Below are positions 1-6,595 of a stretch of 32,000 nt of DNA, in pieces. Origin of the DNA: Candidatus Omnitrophota bacterium (lineage in GTDB: Bacteria > Omnitrophota > Gorgyraeia > Zapsychrales > JANLHA01); NCBI GenBank assembly GCA_963662715.1, contig OY759724.1:2070001-2102000 (forward strand), written 5' to 3'. The notes under the pieces were generated by a model, which did no database searches, was not told where the DNA came from, and saw nothing but the letters and a program-made list of their open reading frames with translations. Both the position numbers and the translations under genes were made by a program. The first letter of the stretch is position 1. Every line of letters begins with the position of its first letter.

Positions 1-1
1 G

Positions 2-400
2 AGGTTATTCAACTTTACGTATATTGGCCGTTACCCTAAAGGGGTTCAATTGCAGCAGACACAGTGCGTCCCCCCTTTATTCGGTGCGGATCTGGCGCGT
101 GAACTGAAAAAGCATCATGTTTATTTGACGGCGGCCCGATGGGAATCCTGCGGTATGCATCAGCTGGAAGGCGCCTGTTGCGGCCTGCCGGTTCTTTATA
201 TTGATGAAGGCGGGGGCGTCGTTGAGACCTGCCGGGATGCCGGGATTAAATTTACCGTTGAGACCTTCCCGGTCAGCCTTTTCAAAATGAGGGAAGAATA
301 TCCTTCCTTGCAGCCGAAGTTAAACGCGTTCCCTTTTAATGCCCGCTTGATGTGTCAGGAATATGAGAATGTTATCGAGAAAATTCTTATGAGCTCCTAG
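2..400 (+). CDS. glycosyltransferase family 4 (GT-B), C-terminal fragment; the 5' end lies upstream of the window
   Basis: The frame is open from base 2, with no stop before the listed TTG at 50. It has the retaining-GT4 E-x7-E signature ESCGMHQLE followed by GLPVLYID. Stop TAG at 398-400. Confidence 0.75.
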   Translation, partial: RLFNFTYIGRYPKGVQLQQTQCVPPLFGADLARELKKHHVYLTAARWESCGMHQLEGACCGLPVLYIDEGGGVVETCRDAGIKFTVETFPVSLFKMREEYPSLQPKLNAFPFNARLMCQEYENVIEKILMSS

Positions 401-411
401 CGAAAGGAGAT
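389..411. repeat. 23-nt direct repeat, copy A (ATGAGCTCCTAgcGAAAGGAGAT), spanning the 3' end of the GT4 fragment plus a Shine-Dalgarno-like motif
   Basis: 21 of 23 nt are identical to 1268-1290 by hand alignment. The two copies bracket the CmoA-like gene. Confidence 0.7.
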
Positions 412-464
412 TCAGTTGAAGAAAATAAAAGAAGGTTAATTGTTACCTGAAAGGAGATCGGCCT

Positions 465-1184
465 GTGAGTGCTAAAGCCTATAATACGGGAGATAATATT
501 AATGTCGGTAATGCGCAATGGAATTTTTCGGCTGCCGCAAAGAATTTTGATGAACATGTCAAAAAGTCGGTTCCGTTTTATGAAGCCGGGCACGATTATA
601 TTGCCCAGCTGGCCAGTTTCTTTTTGCGGGATCAGGCCGTTGTTTATGAAATCGGCTGTTCGACAGGGGAACTGGCTCATCGAGTCCTGCGGCACAATTC
701 AGAGAAAAAAGTCAAATATGTCGCTATTGACAATGTGGCGCCTATGGTCACACAGGCGAAGAAACGGCTCAAAGACGATAAAAGGGCCCGGGTTGTTCTG
801 GGAGACGCTCTGACCCATTCTTATAAACCCTGTTGCCTTTATCTTTCTTATTATACGATTCAGTTTATTAAGCCCTGCGTGAGACAGGAACTTATCAATA
901 AAATTTACAATGCCTTGGAATGGGGCGGGGCTGCCATTATTTATGAAAAAGTCAGGGGCACGGATGCCCGTTTCCAGGATATCCTGACCCAGCTTTACAC
1001 GGACTACAAGTTGGCCCAGGGATTTACGGAAGCAGAAATTATTCATAAGACACGGAGTTTGAAAGGAGTTCTGGAACCGTTTAGCACGGCCGGGAACATG
1101 GATTTATTTAAAAGGGCCGGTTTTGTGGATATTATGATGATTCAGAAATATCTCTGTTTTGAAGGGTATTTGTGTATTAAATGA
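465..1184 (+). CDS. CmoA-family (carboxy-S-adenosyl-L-methionine synthase-like) class I SAM-dependent methyltransferase-fold protein
   Basis: GTG start at 465, preceded by GAAAGGAGATC (449-459). The product is collinear over its full length with E. coli CmoA as I recall it: FDEHV..SVPFY, VYEIGCSTG, YVAIDNVAPMV, YTIQFIKP, LINKIY, GGAAIIYEK, HKTRSL, KRAGF. Confidence 0.7.
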   Translation: MSAKAYNTGDNINVGNAQWNFSAAAKNFDEHVKKSVPFYEAGHDYIAQLASFFLRDQAVVYEIGCSTGELAHRVLRHNSEKKVKYVAIDNVAPMVTQAKKRLKDDKRARVVLGDALTHSYKPCCLYLSYYTIQFIKPCVRQELINKIYNALEWGGAAIIYEKVRGTDARFQDILTQLYTDYKLAQGFTEAEIIHKTRSLKGVLEPFSTAGNMDLFKRAGFVDIMMIQKYLCFEGYLCIK

Positions 1185-1241
1185 TGGAAAGAGGAAAGGG
1201 GGTAGGGGTATTTTTCCCCTCCGATGAATTGGCCTGGGATA

Positions 1242-1269
1242 ATGAAAATGTATTTAAAATCATTTTCAT
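1242..1269. promoter_or_regulatory. AT-rich near-perfect palindrome (ATGAAAATG-N10-CATTTTCAT; 24 of 28 positions self-complementary), just upstream of the RBS of the 1294 gene
   Basis: Read directly: the 9-bp perfect arms are at 1242-1250 and 1261-1269. Confidence 0.35.
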
Positions 1270-1290
1270 GAGCTCCTAAAGAAAGGAGAT
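1268..1290. repeat. 23-nt direct repeat, copy B (ATGAGCTCCTAaaGAAAGGAGAT)
   Basis: Matches 389-411 at 21 of 23 nt. It supplies the RBS for the ATG at 1294. Confidence 0.7.
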
Positions 1291-1293
1291 CTG

Positions 1294-1983
1294 ATGCAAA
1301 CTTTTACAGAAAAACAAACTCGGCAGGAATACTGGGATATTCAAATCCAGTATTCAAGATTGAAATTCGCTTTCTGTAAAGTGAGCATCCCGTGTGTCAA
1401 GCATTGGAAAAGAATTATCACTCGCTGCCAAAAAGGATCGGCTATCAAGGGGCCGATCCTGTGCCTGGCGACCCGTAACGGCAGGGAAATCGATGTTTTT
1501 CGTAATGTTTTTTTCGGGCACCCTATGAGGGTCGCTTTCATGGGGCTTTTGGAACAACATAAAAACGCTTTTTCTTCCCGCTGGCGTTTTCTGGAAACGA
1601 TTAATAAAAGTAACATTAATAATATTAAAGAAGGCAGTGTTGTCGGAGTCGAGATAAATCCAGATGGGAGAAGACAGGATGTGTTAATCGCGAGCTTTGA
1701 CGAACTTCCGGCAGAATGGGGGGGGAAGTTTCAGGTCGTGTACTCAAATTCTTTGGATCATGCCCAGGACCCTTATCGGGCGTCTCAAGAATGGTTCCGT
1801 GTTCTTCAGCCCGGCGGCTATTTGATCCTCGGTTCTCCGGGGGAAAATATTAATCCTTCCAAGGTTGATATCGTCGGGAATATTGGGCTTGCCGATATTC
1901 AGGAATTATTCCCCGGGGAACTGCTTTATCATAATAAGTACGGGAATGCTTTCCAGGACACCATTATTAGAAAGCGGAAATAA
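1294..1983 (+). CDS. class I SAM-dependent methyltransferase-fold protein with a degenerate motif I
   Basis: ATG sits 3 nt after GAAAGGAGATC. Motif-I-like ILCLATRNGREI, post-I acidic strand VVGVEINPD, and a Methyltransf_11-like VVYSNSLDH..WFRVLQPGGYLIL. Contains a G8 tract at 1718-1725. Confidence 0.6.
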   Translation: MQTFTEKQTRQEYWDIQIQYSRLKFAFCKVSIPCVKHWKRIITRCQKGSAIKGPILCLATRNGREIDVFRNVFFGHPMRVAFMGLLEQHKNAFSSRWRFLETINKSNINNIKEGSVVGVEINPDGRRQDVLIASFDELPAEWGGKFQVVYSNSLDHAQDPYRASQEWFRVLQPGGYLILGSPGENINPSKVDIVGNIGLADIQELFPGELLYHNKYGNAFQDTIIRKRK

Positions 1984-2056
1984 CTGAGGCAGAAAATGTC
2001 TGCTCATTCAGTACGAATTTACTTTTTAGCCTGTATGATTTTTCTGTGAATATCAT

Positions 2057-3145
2057 ATGAATCTTCAGCAAACGACGAAATATTACTGGCGGTTTCTTCA
2101 GGAGGGAATTAAAAACCGTTTGGTCAAAAAACCGACGGTTTTTTATATTACGGAATCAGCGGACTGGGTCGTTAAAAGAATCGGCGATATCCTGAGTGCG
2201 GGTACGGTTCCCGGTTTCCGGACAGCTGTTTCAACAGCAGGGATCAGGAATTCGGTCATTCACTACGGGACCCCCTACGGATTGTGGGGCCCCCAACAGA
2301 TACGCCTGCCCCACCCCTCTAATGCCCTTGTTGTCACCTGGTTTCATATCCCCCCTGATGACGGACGTCTTCCGGTATTGCCCCAAGTCATCCCCCATGT
2401 GTCGCTCTGGCATACGGCCTGTACGCTCACCCAAGAGAAGCTCATTCAATTGGGCGTCCCTCCGGAAAAAATAGTCCTGATCCCTTTAGGCGTTGACACC
2501 AGATTGTTCAGACCCGTGAACGACGCAGAGAAAAAAGAGATACGGCAGGCGATGGGATTGCCTTTGGATAAGACCGTTATCGGCTCTTTTCAAAAAGACG
2601 GTGTGGGATGGGGCGAAGGGCAGGAGCCGAAACTCATTAAAGGGCCGGATGTGTTTTGTGACGTTGTGGAACGATTAGCCCGGCGGCAAGATGTCTTCGT
2701 CCTTTTGACCGGACCTTCCCGGGGCTATGTCAAACAACGCTTAAAGGAAAAAGGGATCCCTTTTCAGCATTATTATTTTGATCGATATGAAGAAATCGTG
2801 CGCTGTTATCAGGCCTTGGATTTATATCTGGTCTCTTCTCGTGAAGAGGGCGGGCCTTTGGCTGTGCTTGAGTCCATGTCCGCGGGAATCCCTGTCGTCT
2901 CGACCCGGGTGGGATTGGCCCCGGATATCATACGGGACGGAGCTAATGGGTTTCTTGCCGAAGTGGAAGACCGAAGCGCCCTGGAATCGAACATAATGAC
3001 TTTGCTCGAACAAAACTCCTTGCGCGAGGCGTTTGTCGAGCAAGGGAGACAAACTGTTCTTGCATATGACTGGGGGGAAATTGTCGGTCTTTATGAAAAA
3101 CAGATTTATCGGGTGTTGATGGGCAGATCAACCTGCTGTCATTGA
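2057..3145 (+). CDS. glycosyltransferase family 4
   Basis: 362-aa ORF. The C-terminal GT-B domain has the E-x7-E motif EEGGPLAVLESMSAGIPVV and then GANGFL. Confidence 0.85.
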   Translation: MNLQQTTKYYWRFLQEGIKNRLVKKPTVFYITESADWVVKRIGDILSAGTVPGFRTAVSTAGIRNSVIHYGTPYGLWGPQQIRLPHPSNALVVTWFHIPPDDGRLPVLPQVIPHVSLWHTACTLTQEKLIQLGVPPEKIVLIPLGVDTRLFRPVNDAEKKEIRQAMGLPLDKTVIGSFQKDGVGWGEGQEPKLIKGPDVFCDVVERLARRQDVFVLLTGPSRGYVKQRLKEKGIPFQHYYFDRYEEIVRCYQALDLYLVSSREEGGPLAVLESMSAGIPVVSTRVGLAPDIIRDGANGFLAEVEDRSALESNIMTLLEQNSLREAFVEQGRQTVLAYDWGEIVGLYEKQIYRVLMGRSTCCH

Positions 3146-3224
3146 CCGCCCCGCATGACATACTGGCGGCTCCTTGACAGATTTTGGGGGAGCGTGAACG
3201 CTCCGTGGAACCCGGGGGGAAGTT

Positions 3225-4031
3225 TTGAAAAAACAACAGATGGCCTTACGTTTAGATGACGTGTTTGCTTCAACGAAAATGTTTGAAATTTACGGAAAAG
3301 AAACTGTCTCCGTAGGAGGCAGGGTTATCCCTGTTTCCATGATCTCTAATTTTTTATTCATGAAATATGTCCCGGGTTTCAGGCGGAGGCTCCCTTACCG
3401 GGAAATGACGGCTGAAGAATGGGAGAGTGTTTTCCGGTTGCTGGAACGATATAACGCGAAATTAACCATAGGTGTTACCGCGACTTGGGTCGAACGGGAC
3501 GGGGCACAGACCCCGTTCTTTGAAAAGTTCCCTCAAGAGGCGGCCATACTTAAAGAAGGCGTTAAGGCCGGCCTTGTTGAAATTGCCAACCATGGGCTGA
3601 CCCATTGCGTTGAAGGACGCCATTTGCCGCAATGGTTTTCATCCAACCGGAAATTCCATAGGGAATTCTGGCCTTGGATTCCTGAAGACGTGCAGAGGGA
3701 TCATATTCAAAGAGCCCAGGCTCTTTTAAGCCACTATTTTGAAATTGATGTTGTGACTTTTGTCCCGCCTGGAAATGTCTGGACAGAGCAGACGGAACGC
3801 ATGGCTTTTCATCACGGGCTCCGTGTCCTTTCTTCTCTGGAGACCAAGTGCCCTACCGGGGAAAAAAATCATGGTTTAGTATATATCGGGGATGCCGCTG
3901 TCTGCGCTTTTCATGATAGGGAACTCGTTTTGTGCGGGATAAAATGGTTTGAAGATTTGCTGAAGCAGCATGGCGATTATGATATTATAACTATCAAAGA
4001 ATTAGCGGCGGGCTTTGACGCGCCTTGTTAA
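3225..4031 (+). CDS. polysaccharide deacetylase-like protein (NodB/CE4- or DUF2334-like)
   Basis: 268-aa ORF with a TTG start at 3225 (alternative ATG at 3240). Has a DD motif (LRLDDV) and an H-x3-H metal motif (ANHGLTH), as in NodB-type deacetylases. The family assignment is from motifs only. Confidence 0.5.
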   Translation: MKKQQMALRLDDVFASTKMFEIYGKETVSVGGRVIPVSMISNFLFMKYVPGFRRRLPYREMTAEEWESVFRLLERYNAKLTIGVTATWVERDGAQTPFFEKFPQEAAILKEGVKAGLVEIANHGLTHCVEGRHLPQWFSSNRKFHREFWPWIPEDVQRDHIQRAQALLSHYFEIDVVTFVPPGNVWTEQTERMAFHHGLRVLSSLETKCPTGEKNHGLVYIGDAAVCAFHDRELVLCGIKWFEDLLKQHGDYDIITIKELAAGFDAPC

Positions 4032-4049
4032 ACGTGGACTTAATTCCAT

Positions 4050-5219
4050 ATGCATATTCTGGTGTTTCTAACATTTAATATTTCATTGAAAAAATGGGAT
4101 GTTTATGGCCTTTTAGACCGGGAAATCGCTCTTTACCGGCAGCTCGTTGAAGATGGTCTTAAGGTGAGCTTGTTAACCTACGGAGATGAAGAAGATCTGG
4201 ACTATCAGGAACGTTTGGGCGGCATCGGGATAATTCCCGTTTATCAGTTTGCCTCCAGGCCAAAATCCACGCTTTTACGTTTCCTGCAGAGTCTGATCCT
4301 TCCGTTTCGTTTAAAAGCCCAATTGCGCCAGGCAGATATTTATAAAACGAATCAGATGTGGGGTAGCTGGGTTGCTGTTGTGGCCAAGATCCTTTACCGG
4401 AAGACACTGGTCATACGGTGTGGATATGAACAGTTTCGCTTTGGCCTTTTGATGAAAATGCCGTGGACTTTTAAGATTTTCACCTACCTTAATTCTTTCA
4501 TCTCGTATCGGGTTGCAGATAAGATTGTTATTTCATCCGAGATCGGGAAAAATTTTATAATAAAATTTTTTAAAATACAGGAAAATAAGATTAAAATACA
4601 ATATAATTATGTTGAAACGCAAAAGTTTAAGCCTCTGCCGGAAACAAGGCACCCGGACCGTATTTTGTTCGTGGGCCGCCTGGAAAAGGAAAAAAATTTA
4701 TTCGCTCTGCTTGATGCCATACGGCAGACGCCCCTGACTCTTGATATTGTTGGGGAGGGGCGGCTAAAAGATGAGTTGACAAGCTATATCAAAGTCAATA
4801 AGATAAAAGCCCGTTTGCTCGGCCGTATGGCTAATAGCCGATTGCCGGAGACATATAACCGTTATCCGGTTTATATTCTGCCTTCCTTTTGCGAAGGCAT
4901 GCCCAAAACCTTGCTGGAGGCCATGTCCTGCGGGATGGCTGTTATCGGCAGTGATATTGAAGGAATCCATAATATTATCAAACATAAGGAGTCGGGATAC
5001 TTATGCGATACAACGACGGAATCCATTAGGGACGCTGTCCGGGAAGTTATGGGGGACCCGTCTTTAAGGCAAAGATGTGGCTCCCGGGCAAGGCGGTATA
5101 TAGAAGAATATCATAGCCTTGACTCGATTGTCCGACAGGAGAAAAAAATTTACGGTTTTGATAATGAAAATAATAAAAAAGATTTTGTTAGCACTCTTCA
5201 GCAGGAAACTTGTTGCTAA
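4050..5219 (+). CDS. glycosyltransferase family 4
   Basis: 389-aa ORF with FVGRLEKEKN and the E-x7-E motif EGMPKTLLEAMSCGMAVIGSD, followed by ESGYL. Visibly more AT-rich than its neighbours. Confidence 0.85.
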   Translation: MHILVFLTFNISLKKWDVYGLLDREIALYRQLVEDGLKVSLLTYGDEEDLDYQERLGGIGIIPVYQFASRPKSTLLRFLQSLILPFRLKAQLRQADIYKTNQMWGSWVAVVAKILYRKTLVIRCGYEQFRFGLLMKMPWTFKIFTYLNSFISYRVADKIVISSEIGKNFIIKFFKIQENKIKIQYNYVETQKFKPLPETRHPDRILFVGRLEKEKNLFALLDAIRQTPLTLDIVGEGRLKDELTSYIKVNKIKARLLGRMANSRLPETYNRYPVYILPSFCEGMPKTLLEAMSCGMAVIGSDIEGIHNIIKHKESGYLCDTTTESIRDAVREVMGDPSLRQRCGSRARRYIEEYHSLDSIVRQEKKIYGFDNENNKKDFVSTLQQETCC

Positions 5220-5913
5220 AATCATTGTCCGCAAAGCCCTGCAATGTCATACGCTGGCCTATAAATATGCCGGGCGTTTCAGCTGTTTTCTCGAACCTGG
5301 GGGCCTGCATCCGAAACACCGGCTTATGAATTATCATCAGTGGTTTATTGACCATATGAATAAAGACTGGACTGTCCTGGATGTCGGATGCGGGAACGGG
5401 GCCCTTTCGTATGACTTGGCATGTTCCTGTCGGCAGGTTATCGCCATCGATAAGAATCCCTTGAATATAGAAAAGGCCAGGAGAAATTTTGCCTTGGGGA
5501 ATATCGAATATATTTTAGGTGAAGTCCCTGCCTGTTTTGATGACAGAGTTTTTGACGCTGTTGTCCTTTCTAATGTCCTGGAACATATTGCCGACCGGAA
5601 GGTCTTTTTGACTGAGATTATGAAAAAAACGAAAAGAATTCTCATACGCGTTCCCATGATCGATCGTGACTGGATTACCTTGTATAAAAAGGAATGGGGC
5701 TTGGAATGGCGTCTGGACCCTACCCATGAAATAGAGTATACCTCTGATCTGCTGGTTGCTGAACTCAGAGCGGCTGGCTTGGATGTTCAGACATGCGACA
5801 GAAGATTTGGAGAGTTGTATTGTCTGGCTGTCCCACTAAGTGAATCAAGAAAGGATCCATCAGATGAGCGTCTCCCCATTGCGGCGGGTTGCGGTGATTA
5901 TTCCCTGTTTTAA
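5164..5913 (+). CDS. class I SAM-dependent methyltransferase
   Basis: Canonical motif I VLDVGCGNGALS, post-I VIAIDKN, and motif II/III AVVLSNVLEHI. I chose the ATG at 5164 (MKIIKK...) over the listed 5119. It overlaps the 3' end of the upstream GT4 gene. Confidence 0.8.
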   Translation: MKIIKKILLALFSRKLVAKIIVRKALQCHTLAYKYAGRFSCFLEPGGLHPKHRLMNYHQWFIDHMNKDWTVLDVGCGNGALSYDLACSCRQVIAIDKNPLNIEKARRNFALGNIEYILGEVPACFDDRVFDAVVLSNVLEHIADRKVFLTEIMKKTKRILIRVPMIDRDWITLYKKEWGLEWRLDPTHEIEYTSDLLVAELRAAGLDVQTCDRRFGELYCLAVPLSESRKDPSDERLPIAAGCGDYSLF

Positions 5914-6553
5914 CGAAGAATTGACGATAGAAAACGTTATCTGCGATTTTAAGGATAAAATCCCGGAAGCGGATATTTTTGTCGTTGATAATTGTTCTTC
6001 CGACCGGACGGGGCAGGTCGCGGAAGCGGCCGGGGCTAAAGTGTTGCACGAACAGGCCCCGGGGAAGGGCAGTGTGATGCAGATCGCTTTCAATAAGATT
6101 TCTGCCGATGTCTTTGTGACGGTAGACGGGGATGCCACTTACAGCGCCTCTGACGTTAAAAAAATTCTTGCGCCTGTTATCGAAGGCCGGGCGGATATGG
6201 TTGTGGGCAACAGGCTGAACAATAGAAATGCCGAAGTCTGGACCCGTCATCGCGTCTGGGGGAACAGATGTATCTGTCGTTTCTTCAATCTGTTGTACGG
6301 GACAAAGTTTTCCGATATCCTTTCGGGGTACCGGGCTTTGTCCGCCGAAGCTGTTGAAGTGTTGTCTTGCCAGAGCAAAGGTTTTGAGATTGAGACGGAA
6401 ATAACCGCAAAAGCTGTCATTCACAAACTTCGTGTACAAGAAGAACCTATCCATTATTATCAAAGACCGGAAGGCAGCAGTTCGAAATTAAGTGCATTCC
6501 AGGACGGGCTGAAAATTGTCGGTACAATGATCAGGCTTTGGCTTGCGGCCTAA
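5864..6553 (+). CDS. glycosyltransferase family 2, Dpm1/DPG-synthase-like (candidate polyprenyl-phosphate sugar synthase); soluble form without C-terminal TM helices
   Basis: VAVIIPCFNEE, VVDNCSSDRT, PGKGSVM and DGDATY (DxD) motifs. I chose the ATG at 5864, preceded by AAGGAT, over the listed 5840. Confidence 0.8.
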   Translation: MSVSPLRRVAVIIPCFNEELTIENVICDFKDKIPEADIFVVDNCSSDRTGQVAEAAGAKVLHEQAPGKGSVMQIAFNKISADVFVTVDGDATYSASDVKKILAPVIEGRADMVVGNRLNNRNAEVWTRHRVWGNRCICRFFNLLYGTKFSDILSGYRALSAEAVEVLSCQSKGFEIETEITAKAVIHKLRVQEEPIHYYQRPEGSSSKLSAFQDGLKIVGTMIRLWLAA

Positions 6554-6595
6554 AATTTCATATAAAATGCAGAAGGAAAATAAAGAGAAAAAAGA

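Noticed and set aside
416-439. Mini-ORFs next to strong RBS-like motifs: MKKIKEG-stop at 416-439, MQKENKEKKE-stop at 6567-6599, and a 13-codon ORF starting at 23984.
   Set aside because: ORFs this short arise by chance in AT-rich spacers. There is no way to support them as leader peptides from sequence alone.
469-813. A 114-aa + strand ORF in an alternative frame inside the CmoA-like gene. Similar nested + strand ORFs occur at 2196-2474, 17239-17745 and 9033-9230.
   Set aside because: These are out-of-frame overlaps with CDSs that carry clear family signatures, and they have no motifs of their own.
5765-6463. A 232-aa ORF on the minus strand.
   Set aside because: It lies entirely antisense to the methyltransferase and GT2 genes, which have clear family motifs. 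Its translation is low-complexity and Arg/Pro-rich with no recognisable motif. This is the typical shadow ORF of a coding region.
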